In this document: in pieces, positions 45,383-59,330 of the stretch
Numbering within the stretch: the stretch's first letter is position 1
Layout: every line of letters begins with the position of its first letter
NCBI GenBank assembly: GCA_947494155.1
Contig: CANLTW010000006.1
Span: forward strand, 1,998-65,997
DNA from: Chlamydiota bacterium
GTDB taxonomy: Bacteria; Chlamydiota; Chlamydiia; Chlamydiales; RGXB01
Reading direction: 5' to 3'
Length of the DNA: 64,000 nt
Notes under the pieces: model-generated
What the model was told of the DNA's origin: nothing
What the model saw: the letters and a program-made list of their open reading frames with translations, nothing else
Databases searched by the model: none
Program-made: the position numbers and the translations under genes

Positions 45383-46681
45383 ATGGAACGGGCTTTACGC
45401 TATTTGACTGAACTGGTGGAGATTCCTACGGTTTCTGGAAAGCCTGAGCATCATCAAGATTTAAAAAAGGGGGCTGAAGCTGTTGAGAAGATTCTTCAAG
45501 AGATAGGTTTCTCGCATACACAGCGATGGAGTACAAAAACCGATGTCGATGCTGTTTTTGCTGAGCACAAAGGGAAGAATGCGAAAAAGACGCTTCTTTT
45601 TTATGGACACTATGATGTGCAACCCGTAGAGCCTCTTGAGGAGTGGTCAACACCGCCGTTTCAATTAACAAAAGTAGGAGATTGGTACCACGGAAGGGGA
45701 GCTGAGGATAATAAAGGTCAGCTTAGTTGTATTTTTTCAGCTTTGTATAAAAATCTTCCTGACCACCTCAACATTAAATTTCTTATTGAGGGTGAGGAGG
45801 AGTCCTCCAGTCGTGGTCTTTACGCACTTATCGATGAGAAAAAAGAGGCTCTTAAGGCCGATTATCTTCTGGTGTTTGATGTGGATATGATCTCGATAAA
45901 CAAGGGTGCTGTGACATGCGGGACAAGGGGGGTCTTTGCGTTTGATATCAAAGTCCAGACAGGGGATAGTGATATGCATTCCGGTTCGTATGGGGGGATA
46001 GCCCGGTCCGCTACAAGCGAACTGAATTTCCTTTTATCTAAAATGTTAGGTCCTGATGGGGAGATCCTTGTTCCCGGCTTTTACGATACAATGATCACCA
46101 AGCCGAAAGAGGATAAAGAGATGTTCCATTACCACGAACCAACTGGTACATTTGCCCGTTATGCCACAGACCGAGTATCAGCTAAAGAGAGGAACTACTT
46201 CTTGCCTACTTTAGAGATCAACGGAATGTTTGGGGGCCACTTAGGTTCTGGTTCAAAAACAATCATCCCTGTTAAAGCGACCGCCAAAATGTCGATAAGA
46301 ACAGTTGACGGTCTAGACGGATTTGATTTGATCGATAAAATTGATCGTTATTTGCAATCTATCAAACACGAAAACGTGGAGGTAGTGGTTCATAAATATT
46401 CTGGAGGGACCTACTCGTATACAGATCCAAAAGAGCCGTTCATTGAACACCTGCGAAAAGCCTATAAAAAAATAACCACCGAGCCTTGTGAAACAGTTTT
46501 GTCGGGAGCTAGCATCCCTGTGGCATCCCATTTACAAACAGCCAGCGGTGCTGTTTTGGCTTTTGCAGGGGTAGGATTAAAAGAAGATTTCATCCATTCT
46601 CCAAAAGAGAGATTTAGTGCAAAGCAGTTGGAAAAGGGTGTGATATTTATACGAGAACTAATAGATCTTTTTGCTGAATAG
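45383..46681 (+). CDS. M20-family metallopeptidase (M20A dipeptidase-like)
   Basis: LFYGHYDVQPVEPLEEWSTPPF...GRGAEDNKGQ and IEGEEES metal-ligand blocks. 432 aa. Confidence 0.8.
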   Translation: MERALRYLTELVEIPTVSGKPEHHQDLKKGAEAVEKILQEIGFSHTQRWSTKTDVDAVFAEHKGKNAKKTLLFYGHYDVQPVEPLEEWSTPPFQLTKVGDWYHGRGAEDNKGQLSCIFSALYKNLPDHLNIKFLIEGEEESSSRGLYALIDEKKEALKADYLLVFDVDMISINKGAVTCGTRGVFAFDIKVQTGDSDMHSGSYGGIARSATSELNFLLSKMLGPDGEILVPGFYDTMITKPKEDKEMFHYHEPTGTFARYATDRVSAKERNYFLPTLEINGMFGGHLGSGSKTIIPVKATAKMSIRTVDGLDGFDLIDKIDRYLQSIKHENVEVVVHKYSGGTYSYTDPKEPFIEHLRKAYKKITTEPCETVLSGASIPVASHLQTASGAVLAFAGVGLKEDFIHSPKERFSAKQLEKGVIFIRELIDLFAE

Positions 46682-46752
46682 TTTTTTTGCTAAATTTCTC
46701 TTGAAAGACATCCTCGAGATTAGGCAAGATAAAAGTCTTTAAGGAAACAAAA

Positions 46753-47388
46753 TTGAATGCGCTTATGAGAAGGGCCTGGAACCGATTAAGACAGTTTGCT
46801 TTTTACCCTGAAGAGGAGCGCATTTACGTCTGGATCCTTATGGGCCCCTTTTTTTTAACGCTTCTCGTTTTGCCACACCTGTCTAAATTTGCCCCTTTAC
46901 AACTTGCTCTAGCTTTAGGGTCTATCTCTTTATCCTGGATGGTCGCGATATTTTTTGGGTTGGAAACACTCCAAATTACCCAGAAAATGCGCTCTTATGA
47001 GGGGCAGATTGGAGCTTTCGAGGCTGTAAAAGCAAAGCTGGAAGAGAGTCATCAGCATGAGCTTGAGAATGTAAAAAGTTCCCTAAGTGGATTGTATGTC
47101 GAGCTTGATGAGAGCTCGAAAAAACTTCTTATGGAAAAAAATCAGATCGAAAATTTGGAGCTTGCATTAGAGAAAGAAAAATTTTTAGCAGACTCTATGC
47201 AGCAGGCGACTGTGAACCTCGAACAAGAGCTGTTGGAAATTAGGGAAAAATTTAGGGTGGTAAACAGCGAGTTGAAGGTCTACAAATCCTCCTCCTACAG
47301 CCGATACGAGGTAAAACACATGGTAGATGAATTAAATCGCTACCGTGTAAGAGAAAAACAAGCGCTTCTCCTATCTTCGCAACAATAG
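46753..47388 (+). CDS. Inc-like protein: N-terminal bilobed hydrophobic domain plus C-terminal coiled coil
   Basis: Two adjacent TM segments IYVWILMGPFFLTLLVLPHL and LQLALALGSISLSWMVAIFFGL are separated by SKFAP. A heptad-rich Glu/Lys/Leu region follows. TTG at 46753 or ATG at 46765. Confidence 0.55.
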   Translation: MNALMRRAWNRLRQFAFYPEEERIYVWILMGPFFLTLLVLPHLSKFAPLQLALALGSISLSWMVAIFFGLETLQITQKMRSYEGQIGAFEAVKAKLEESHQHELENVKSSLSGLYVELDESSKKLLMEKNQIENLELALEKEKFLADSMQQATVNLEQELLEIREKFRVVNSELKVYKSSSYSRYEVKHMVDELNRYRVREKQALLLSSQQ

Positions 47389-47393
47389 GCTTT

Positions 47394-48248
47394 TTACCTC
47401 GATTTAGGATCTATGAAAAGATCGGGAACTCCATCATAGGCCTCTTTTGCATCAATCAAAGTGAGTATTTCGTGCCCTGTGGGGGTAATAAGGATGGTGT
47501 GTTCAAATTGGGCGCTTAAAGAACCGTCGATTGTGCGCGCAGTCCAGTGATCTTTTTTATCCACTACAGCATCGCTTAGTCCCAAATTGATCATGGGTTC
47601 GATGGTAAATGTCATGCCGGGTTGCATAAGAATGTCTACTTTGGGTTTATTCGCGTAATGGAAAATAGCCGGCTCCTCATGAAACTGACAGCCGATTCCG
47701 TGACCCACAAATTGGTGCACAACCGAACAACCAAGTGAATCTGCAACTTGTTGAATAGCACCCCCAATCTGCGATAGTTTCGCCCCCGGACGACATACGG
47801 AAATCGCCGCTTTTAAAGAATTATAGGAGGCTTCAATAACTCTGTAGGCATCACTAGACGTTTGTTTAACAACAACTGTTCGACTTAAATCGCCATAGTA
47901 GCCATTCACAATAGAGGTCACGTCTATGTTTACGATATCGCCCTCTTGTAGAGGTCGGTTGTCAGGAATTCCGTGGCATATTACATCATTGATGGATGTG
48001 CAGATCGAAGCAGGGAAAGGGGGGTGACCGTACCCAAGCGGAGCAGGTATGGCTAAAAATTGTTTGTGTAGCTCTCTTGACAGAAGGTCTAGCTCTTTTG
48101 TGGTGATTCCAGGTCTAACCTCTTTGCATAAAAGATTTAAAATTTTTGCTGCGATCCTCGAGGCATGGCGTATCCCCTCGATCTGTTTTTGAGTTTTTAA
48201 CAGGATATTGTGCTTTTTTTTATACAATGAATGCAGGGTTTCGATCAT
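47394..48248 (-). CDS. map: Methionine aminopeptidase, type I
   Basis: VICHGIPD, DVTSIVNGYYGD, HGIGCQFHE and FTIEPMIN metal-ligand blocks. Confidence 0.95.
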   Translation of the reverse strand: MIETLHSLYKKKHNILLKTQKQIEGIRHASRIAAKILNLLCKEVRPGITTKELDLLSRELHKQFLAIPAPLGYGHPPFPASICTSINDVICHGIPDNRPLQEGDIVNIDVTSIVNGYYGDLSRTVVVKQTSSDAYRVIEASYNSLKAAISVCRPGAKLSQIGGAIQQVADSLGCSVVHQFVGHGIGCQFHEEPAIFHYANKPKVDILMQPGMTFTIEPMINLGLSDAVVDKKDHWTARTIDGSLSAQFEHTILITPTGHEILTLIDAKEAYDGVPDLFIDPKSR

Positions 48249-48978
48249 AGTGAATTTTTTTTAGTAAAAGTCCTTTTGGCGATAGAGTAGGGCCTACTTC
48301 CTTCAGGCACAACTCCTCCAGCCCCTTTTTTAGGGGGGTTAGCGAAAGCTTACCATAACCATAATAAAGGAGGGTACCTGCAATTTTTCTGCACATAAGG
48401 TAGAGAAATCGGTTTCCCCGAATGGTGAACAGATAACGATCAGTTGCGATTTGTTCAAAAAGGATTTCTTCAATTGTACAGAAAGGATCTTGGCGCTGAT
48501 GATGAGATCCTTCAAACGCTTTGAAGTTATTTCGCCCCAAAAAAAAGGGGAGAGCCATGTGAATTTTTTCGATGTCGATGGGCTTGATCGAGAGGCTATA
48601 GCGCTCGAAATGGGGATGTTTTTCCCCAACATGAAAATGGTAACGGTACTCTTTAGATTTAGCCTCTAAAGAGGGGTGAAAATCTAAGCGGCAATTTTCA
48701 AGGGATAAAACCCGTAAATCCTCTGGGAGTCTTGAGTTGATAGTCAAAAGATCGGGGAGGAGATGGGAGAACTTTAATTCGAATTGCAAAACCACTTTTT
48801 GGTCCTCGGCGTGGACACCCTTGTCCGTTCTGGAGGCGATAAGAATCTGATAGAGTGGTAAATCAAGTGCTTTTTCTAGTGTGTTTTTTAGGTTGCGATT
48901 GTTTGGGCAGTACCAGCCAAAAAAATCGGTTCCATCGTAGGAAATGGTCATTAGCAGGGATTGAAGCATCGAATTCAT
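48220..48978 (-). CDS. TruA-family pseudouridine synthase (second paralog)
   Basis: MTISYDGTDFFGW and ASRTDKGVHAEDQ motifs. Possible start at the ATG at 48951. The 3' end overlaps the map start by 29 nt. Confidence 0.75.
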   Translation of the reverse strand: MNSMLQSLLMTISYDGTDFFGWYCPNNRNLKNTLEKALDLPLYQILIASRTDKGVHAEDQKVVLQFELKFSHLLPDLLTINSRLPEDLRVLSLENCRLDFHPSLEAKSKEYRYHFHVGEKHPHFERYSLSIKPIDIEKIHMALPFFLGRNNFKAFEGSHHQRQDPFCTIEEILFEQIATDRYLFTIRGNRFLYLMCRKIAGTLLYYGYGKLSLTPLKKGLEELCLKEVGPTLSPKGLLLKKIHYDRNPAFIV

Positions 48979-49028
48979 CCAAATTGAGCTCTATTATACC
49001 CCAATAACAGCTCAGAATCGAGAGGTTA

Positions 49029-49631
49029 TTAGTTTTTGAAGAAGGAATAAAATCCGTCCAAAAAGAGCTGTACAGCTAGGAGGGTAAGAACCAAACCCAT
49101 AATTTTTTCCACTGCTAAAATACCCCTTTCTCCAAGAAGTTGGCTAATCGGACAGGCGAGTAAAAGGATCAATGTAGTAAAAACCCAGGCTATAAAAATA
49201 GAGATCAAGAGAACCCCGTTGAGCTCGGGATCCTTTGAAAAAACCATAGTCGCTGCTAAAACGGCAGGGCCTGCAATCATGGGAACAGCTAAAGGGACAA
49301 TAAAGGGTTCCCCTTTTAAGTTAGGACTCTCCATATCTCCAGACGAAAAGATCATTCGGTATGCGATGATAAAAAGAAGGATACCACCGGCAATTTGAAT
49401 AGAGGGATTTTGGATTCCCAGGTGACCGAGTACGTAGCTGCCGCACAAAGCGAACAAAAACATGATAATTAGGGCGATCACAAGTTCACGGAATATAATC
49501 ATCAGCTGCTTCTTCGGAGGATACTGTTTTAAAACAGACAAAAAAATGGGGATATTTCCGGGGCCATCCATCAAAAGGATAAAAGTAACCGTTACTGAGA
49601 CAAAAGGGATGGACAAGAGTTGATCTAACAT
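49029..49631 (-). CDS. MarC-family (UPF0056) integral membrane protein, paralog 1
   Basis: LLMDGPGNIPIFLSVL N-terminal motif, six predicted TM segments. The ATG at 49631 gives a length (201 aa) like paralog 2. Confidence 0.75.
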   Translation of the reverse strand: MLDQLLSIPFVSVTVTFILLMDGPGNIPIFLSVLKQYPPKKQLMIIFRELVIALIIMFLFALCGSYVLGHLGIQNPSIQIAGGILLFIIAYRMIFSSGDMESPNLKGEPFIVPLAVPMIAGPAVLAATMVFSKDPELNGVLLISIFIAWVFTTLILLLACPISQLLGERGILAVEKIMGLVLTLLAVQLFLDGFYSFFKN

Positions 49632-49674
49632 AAACTTATCTTTAACAAGTATTCGAAAAAGGGGCAATGGGAGT

Positions 49675-50700
49675 TTAGGGTTTTTGAAATTTTTTAGCCT
49701 TTTCAAAAAGCTCTATGAGCTGAGGCTTTAAACTGCCCGATAGGTGATCAAGGCGAACCAGATAGTCCCTGTTTTTTTCAAATGCAGATTTTGTCCAATT
49801 TGCAGAGCCGAAATAAAAAATCTCCTCGTCTATTAGGCACATCTTGTGGTGCATTAACCCCTGATGGTTATTTTCTCTAATTATAGCCCCATTTTTACTC
49901 AAGAGCTCAATCACCTGTTTTGAAGCACCCTTGCGACTTTTTTTATCGATAGTCACCTCAACGCGCACATTCCGCCTAAGGGCACTTACCAGCGCGTCAC
50001 AAAGCTTTAGATGCGTAAAGGTGAAGATGTGGCATTGAATAGACTCCTTGGAATTGTTTATACTGGAGACTAAAGAATCGAGAGCTGCCCGTTTTTGGCC
50101 AGGTAAGGAGAAAAAACAAAATCTACCGGAGGGAAAATCCTCCTCAATCAAAAAAGGATAGGCTGGATCTTCCAGTTGCAAACGGATCTTTTCAGCAAGC
50201 GATGGGGAAAAGAAACCCACTAAAAGGTTATCGTGCATTTTGTAAGATGCCATGGTGAAATTTGTAGACCCCAGGTATACAAAACTCTCATCGACAATCA
50301 GCACTTTCTGGTGCATCAAGCCTGATACTCTATGCCCTTTTGAGGGAAACCCAAGAGTTTTTTCCTCAAGCTTTGGAAAAGATTTCGCATCGTAATGGGC
50401 AAAAACTTTTATTCCCTCTTCAGCCCTTTTTTTTAAAAGAGCCATCAGTTCGGGTTCAAATTCCCCAAAAGTTGAGACAAGGATACTTTTAGTGGCTTTT
50501 TCAATCGGGTAGTAAACAGTTTTTTGGAGGTCGTGAAAAGTCTGGTTGGAGTAGATCTCAACTGCTGAGGAGGGGGAGGGGATTATGGGTGCGACGAAGT
50601 AGGGTCTTAAGCTAAAAAGGAGAAGCGCAGAAAGAACCAGGGGTAGTTTAACCCCTCTTTTCACCCAAGATAGAGGGGTTAATAACCAAGATGGAAGCAA
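49675..50700 (-). CDS. Phospholipase D-superfamily protein with two HKD motifs and N-terminal TM/signal anchor
   Basis: HQKVLIVDESFVYLGSTNFT and HHKMCLIDEEIFYFGSANWT (HxK(x)4D(x)6GSxN twice). N-terminal LPLVLSALLLFSL. Confidence 0.85.
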   Translation of the reverse strand: MLPSWLLTPLSWVKRGVKLPLVLSALLLFSLRPYFVAPIIPSPSSAVEIYSNQTFHDLQKTVYYPIEKATKSILVSTFGEFEPELMALLKKRAEEGIKVFAHYDAKSFPKLEEKTLGFPSKGHRVSGLMHQKVLIVDESFVYLGSTNFTMASYKMHDNLLVGFFSPSLAEKIRLQLEDPAYPFLIEEDFPSGRFCFFSLPGQKRAALDSLVSSINNSKESIQCHIFTFTHLKLCDALVSALRRNVRVEVTIDKKSRKGASKQVIELLSKNGAIIRENNHQGLMHHKMCLIDEEIFYFGSANWTKSAFEKNRDYLVRLDHLSGSLKPQLIELFEKAKKFQKP

Positions 50701-50705
50701 GTCGA

Positions 50706-50969
50706 TTAGGCTCTTCTTGCTTCTCTAAAGGCTTTTTGGAGCCCTTTCTTTTCGATTGTGCGGATCGCAGCTGTGGAAACGCGTAAAGTGATAAAAGTCT
50801 TAGACTCTTCATCCCAGAAACGTTTTTTTTGTAGATTGGGCTCAAAACGAACTTTCGTTTTCCCTGTGATTTTAATACCGATACCCTTTTTCTTCTTTGC
50901 GATACCACGTGTGGTATAGCTTCGACCTTTACAAGGGCGGCGTTGTGTCAATTCACAAACTTTAGACAT
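50706..50969 (-). CDS. rpmB: 50S ribosomal protein L28
   Basis: MSKVCELTQRRPCKGRSYT...RFEPNLQKKRFW. 87 aa. Confidence 0.9.
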   Translation of the reverse strand: MSKVCELTQRRPCKGRSYTTRGIAKKKKGIGIKITGKTKVRFEPNLQKKRFWDEESKTFITLRVSTAAIRTIEKKGLQKAFREARRA

Positions 50970-50981
50970 CGAACGTACCTA

Positions 50982-51593
50982 TCAAATTGTTGGACTTTTA
51001 AGTTGGAGCATAAAGAGGTCGGCGACGATACGGGCAAGACCTGTTGTGAGCATCTGTACCGAGATGAGTACAATGACGAGTCCGCCGAGCTTTTCACAAG
51101 CCACCATCCCTTTGCTTCCAAGGAAATTTTTTAATTGTGAGGACCAAACCAAGAGCAATGCAGTCAAAAACCAAGCGGCGAAAATTACCCCGAGCAACTT
51201 GAGCGCGCTATCCGTGTTGGCTCCAAGAGCCATCACATTTGTCATACTTCCGGCACCCGCCAGTAAAGGGAACGCCATCGGGACAATAAAGGGCTCGGAT
51301 TCTGTTGCCTCTACGGCTTGCGGTTTTGGGAAAAGCATTCCGACAGCGATGATCATGAGGATCAACCCTCCAGAGATCTCAAGAACTCCACGACCTATGC
51401 CGAGAATCCCAAGAATTTCTTTACCCAAGAAAGCGAAACTTAGCAAAATAAAGAACGCGATAAGTAGCTCGCGCGCAATGATTTGTTTTTGGCGTGCTTC
51501 AGGGTAGCGGCTCAATAGACCCGCAAATAAGGGGATATTTCCTAAACCATTCAATATAAAAAATAATGCTATTACTGCTGATTGAAAGTCCAT
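50982..51593 (-). CDS. MarC-family (UPF0056) integral membrane protein, paralog 2
   Basis: FILNGLGNIPLFAGLL motif. Polytopic, 203 aa. Confidence 0.75.
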   Translation of the reverse strand: MDFQSAVIALFFILNGLGNIPLFAGLLSRYPEARQKQIIARELLIAFFILLSFAFLGKEILGILGIGRGVLEISGGLILMIIAVGMLFPKPQAVEATESEPFIVPMAFPLLAGAGSMTNVMALGANTDSALKLLGVIFAAWFLTALLLVWSSQLKNFLGSKGMVACEKLGGLVIVLISVQMLTTGLARIVADLFMLQLKSPTI

Positions 51594-51668
51594 GGCTACA
51601 GAGTTTACTCTATTGGATGTCTAAAATCTAGCACTTTTTTCAACAAAAGGGCTATAATCGCAACCTGT

Positions 51669-52925
51669 ATGGAAAAAAAACGGTTTAAAATAGCGGCTTT
51701 GGGTTGCAGGACTAACCAGTACGAGGCGCAGGCTTTCAGAGACCAACTGCTCTCTTTAGGTTATGAGGAGGCTCGAGAGGGTGAGCTAGCTGAGATCTGC
51801 ATTGTCAATACCTGTACGGTGACTAAGTCTGCCGATGATCGCAGCAAATACCAGATTCGCTCGTTAAACCGGGATAATCCAGATGCTAAAATATTTGTTA
51901 CCGGTTGTATGACCGAAAAGCAGGCCCCAGCCCTTTTGGGTATTGCAGGGGTGGCCGGAGTCGTAAAAAATAAAGAAAAAGAAAATCTTTTAAAATTCGC
52001 GTTCCCCGATCAGGAGATCCCCGAGTTTAAAATCGAGCGGTTCGAGGCACATACAAGAGCTTTTGTAAAAGTACAGGACGGTTGCAACTCCTTTTGCTCC
52101 TACTGCATCATCCCTTATGTGCGGGGTCGTTCCCGCTCCAGGCGTTTGGAAACGATCCTGGACGAGGTAAGAGGGGTAGTAAAAAATGGATTTCACGAGA
52201 TTGTACTAACTGGAATTAATATCGGCGATTTCGATGGTGCGCCAAATGAAGGGGAGGAGCCTGTACGCCTTAGCACCTTGACTCAAGCTGTAAGCGCAAT
52301 CGAGGGGGTGCGCCGTTTGAGGATCTCTTCTATAGATCCAGATGAAGTGGATGATGCACTGATTGAGGTGATAAAAAACTCCCCCAACTGCGTCCCATCG
52401 ATGCATATTGTTTTACAGTCGGGATCGAACACCGTTCTAAAAAGGATGCGACGTAAGTATACTGTGCAGCAATTTTTCGATACCGTTGATCGATTGAAAA
52501 AGGCGATCCCCGCTTTTACATTTACCACTGATATCATCGTCGGGTTTCCAGGAGAAACCGAGGAGGAGTTTGCAGAAACTCTGGAAGTGATGAACAAAGT
52601 CGGGTTTTTAAAGGTGCACATGTTCCCCTATTCAAAGCGGGAGGGCACATTGGCGGCGCGCATGCCCAATCACCTGGATCCTTTGGTGCTGCAACGAAGA
52701 AAGGAGGTTTTGCTTGAAGTGGCCGATACATTGGCCGGTCAACAGAGACAGCCTTACGTGGGTAAGATTGTTGAGGTGCTTGTTGAATCTCATAATTTTG
52801 GCCATACAGAAAATTTCCTCCCGGTGCAAATTGAGGGAGCCCTTTTAGAAAAAAATCAATTTGTCAAAGTTCTAGTAGTTGAAAATCAAAAAGAGGCTCT
52901 CATCGGTGTCGTGGTTCCAAATTAA
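51669..52925 (+). CDS. mtaB: Radical-SAM methylthiotransferase, MtaB-like (MiaB family)
   Basis: N-terminal UPF0004 domain FKIAALGCRTNQYEAQ. Radical-SAM CNSFCSYCIIP (CxxxCxxC). C-terminal TRAM-like region. The ATG at 51669 is preferred over the track start at 51582. Confidence 0.75.
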   Translation: MEKKRFKIAALGCRTNQYEAQAFRDQLLSLGYEEAREGELAEICIVNTCTVTKSADDRSKYQIRSLNRDNPDAKIFVTGCMTEKQAPALLGIAGVAGVVKNKEKENLLKFAFPDQEIPEFKIERFEAHTRAFVKVQDGCNSFCSYCIIPYVRGRSRSRRLETILDEVRGVVKNGFHEIVLTGINIGDFDGAPNEGEEPVRLSTLTQAVSAIEGVRRLRISSIDPDEVDDALIEVIKNSPNCVPSMHIVLQSGSNTVLKRMRRKYTVQQFFDTVDRLKKAIPAFTFTTDIIVGFPGETEEEFAETLEVMNKVGFLKVHMFPYSKREGTLAARMPNHLDPLVLQRRKEVLLEVADTLAGQQRQPYVGKIVEVLVESHNFGHTENFLPVQIEGALLEKNQFVKVLVVENQKEALIGVVVPN

Positions 52926-53737
52926 AAAGTTGCAGTACCCCTTTTCTCGTCGGTCCTGTTTGAAGGCTGTAGTCCCCAACACCGATAAAATTTTTTCTAT
53001 TTCCCATCTTTCGATCGAGTCTGAGGATTTTGTCTACCCTTTTGAGGCCCCTCTTGATCGTGCCTCTATGAGTACACAGCTTGAGCTAGAGCGCGGCCAG
53101 ATTCGGATTAATCACAGGGTAGAGGGGAAGCAAAGGCACTATGTGATTTCCAACCAAGGGATTTTCGATGGATTTGGCTCGAAGTGCTCTTTTGGAACCC
53201 CCCCTTTGGTCCAAACCCCGCGAGAGATCCTCGATCTTGGTTCGCACAAAAAAATCGATATTGAGGCCTATGGTAGAAATATTCCTCTTGAGCAACTTCT
53301 CCCCACCTGGTTTTCTTTAGGTCAGTTGCAAGGGGATGGTGAAAAGCTTAAGTTTGCGCTGTTAAAAGAGTACTATTTTGACCATTTTGAAGACCTTTTC
53401 TCCTTCAAAAATGCCAGGGCTTTACAGACAGGATACCAATCGATTCGCAGCTATTTTTTTGCACAAGAGGGGCGAGAGCTGAAATTTCTTCCCTCCCTTC
53501 CAAAGGGGCTGGACTCGGGAAAAATGCGCCTTTTTGCAAATCATTTGACCATTACCCTGGAATGGTCTAAAAGAGAGGTTAAGAGGATCGTGATGCAAGC
53601 CCATCAAGAGGGTGAATGGAAATTGGACTTTGGAAAAAAGTTCCTATCGATGCAAAGACGCAAAGATCATAAACTGCAAAGTACCCAAAAGGTCTCTTGT
53701 GATACGATCTCCTTGAAAAAAGGGGAGTACGCATTTC

Positions 53738-53757
<20 letters not shown>
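52879..53757 (+). CDS. Hypothetical protein (up to 292 aa), overlaps mtaB 3' end and glgB 5' end
   Basis: ORF only, no motif recognised. The start is uncertain (an internal ATG gives MSTQLELERG...). It overlaps the glgB TTG start by 20 nt. Confidence 0.45.
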
Positions 53758-57830
<4,073 letters not shown>

Positions 57831-57837
57831 CGCTTGG

Positions 57838-57871
57838 AGTACAACGCTTCCTGAGATAGAGGCGTTGTACT
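57838..57871. terminator. Hairpin between convergent ligA and miaB, probable bidirectional terminator
   Basis: AGTACAACGC-14 nt loop-GCGTTGTACT (10 bp perfect) followed by TAAAAAA. Confidence 0.6.
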
Positions 57872-57884
57872 TAAAAAAGATTTG

Positions 57885-59213
57885 CTAAACGAGTAAGGGC
57901 TTTTTCACAGTTCCAAGTAGGGTGCTGTGGTTAAATCCGCTTATGTCTACCATTTGGAGAGAGCCGATAAGAGAATCGTCCCCTTCAAGGATCACGTTTT
58001 TCCAACAACGGGTTGTCCCTTTGAGCTGACCGTTTTTGTTTTTACCCTCCACGAGAACCTCGATGGGAGTATTGATAAGCTGCAGCCGTTCTTCTTGCGC
58101 TTTTTTCTCATAAAGTTCCAAAAGGCGGTGGAGGCGTTGCTGCTTCACCTCTTCAGGGACGTCGTCTTCCCAGCGCATCGCCGGTGTCCCTTTTCTTGGG
58201 CTGTAGGCAAAAATAAAGGCGACAGAAAAGCCAATCTCATCAAATAACTGGTACGTCTCTTCAAATTCTGCATCGGTCTCCGAGCAAAAACCCACTATAA
58301 TGTCGGTCCCCAGCTTGGCGTTTGGCACAATCGATCTAAGAAGTGCCACCTTTTCCAGGTATTGCTCTTTTGTGTAGATTCGGTGCATTTTTTTCAAAAT
58401 ACGGTTAGAGCCTGCTTGCAAAGGGAAGTGGACAAACTCGCAAACAGTTCTCAAATCTCTGACCGCCTCCATCAATTCAACGCTGATATCGATAGGGTGT
58501 GAAGTCAAAAAGCGCACCCGCTCTAGGCCCTCGATTTTGTCCAATCTGTAAAGCAGATCATGGAAAAGCACCCCAGTCTCCAGGCGATCTTTTCCGTAAC
58601 TATTCACATTTTGCCCTAAAAGGGTGACCTCTTTGTACCCTTTATCAACAAGATCGCGCACTTCGCGCTCAATTTCCTCATGGGGGCGCGATACCTCTTG
58701 ACCCCTGGTGTAGGGGACAACGCAGTAGGTGCAATACTTGTCGCAACCCCGGATAATGGACACATACCCCTTAACTTTGTGTTCTCTTTCGGCAACGGTG
58801 TAGTCGAGGGCGTCGTATTCTCCCTCGGTGCGGATCTGTTGCCTACCCGAATCGATCACATCGTCAAGAACAGTATTTAACTCGGAGAGATTGTTCGTTC
58901 CAATCACAAAGTCAACATGGGGGAGCTTTTTGAATAGGGTTTCTCTTTTGGCCATGGCCATGCAACCGGTCACACCGATGAGTTTATTGCGCATTTTTGA
59001 GCGGCCTAGTTGCCCCAGTTTTCCCATTACTTTGCGTTCGGCGAGATCTCTAATAGAACAGGTGTTGAAGACCAGGAGATCGGCTAGCTCTTCGTCAAGA
59101 ACTCTTTTTAATCCGCGTCGCTTAAGCTGGCCTACCATAACCTCGCTCTCGAGCTCGTTCATCTGGCAGCCATATGTTCTAATAAAGAAAGTTTTTGGAT
59201 CTTTTATCTTCAT
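57885..59213 (-). CDS. miaB: tRNA-2-methylthio-N6-dimethylallyladenosine synthase
   Basis: FFIRTYGCQMNELESE N-terminus, radical-SAM CDKYCTYCVVP, C-terminal TRAM domain. The internal Met (aa 20 of the track ORF) gives the typical N-terminus. Confidence 0.85.
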   Translation of the reverse strand: MKIKDPKTFFIRTYGCQMNELESEVMVGQLKRRGLKRVLDEELADLLVFNTCSIRDLAERKVMGKLGQLGRSKMRNKLIGVTGCMAMAKRETLFKKLPHVDFVIGTNNLSELNTVLDDVIDSGRQQIRTEGEYDALDYTVAEREHKVKGYVSIIRGCDKYCTYCVVPYTRGQEVSRPHEEIEREVRDLVDKGYKEVTLLGQNVNSYGKDRLETGVLFHDLLYRLDKIEGLERVRFLTSHPIDISVELMEAVRDLRTVCEFVHFPLQAGSNRILKKMHRIYTKEQYLEKVALLRSIVPNAKLGTDIIVGFCSETDAEFEETYQLFDEIGFSVAFIFAYSPRKGTPAMRWEDDVPEEVKQQRLHRLLELYEKKAQEERLQLINTPIEVLVEGKNKNGQLKGTTRCWKNVILEGDDSLIGSLQMVDISGFNHSTLLGTVKKPLLV

Positions 59214-59330
59214 GGCGTTAAAGATTAACTGAGATTCCTTTTCTTCACAAGATCGGTAAGGGAGATTCAAGAAAAGAAGCTTGTATTAAATGGAAAAAAG
59301 GGGTACCATAGCCCAGAAAAAAGGATCGAA

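Noticed and set aside
45383-46681. M20A dipeptidase considered as a functional part of the thiol (bsh) cassette, by analogy to Cys-Gly dipeptidases
   Set aside because: It is separated from bshA by a terminator-like hairpin, an opposite-strand htpX and a small ORF, and no M20 step is known in bacillithiol metabolism. This is proximity only.
50648-50908. 86-aa minus-strand ORF overlapping rpmB and the PLD gene start
   Set aside because: It is an alternative frame of the unmistakable L28 gene and has no independent support.
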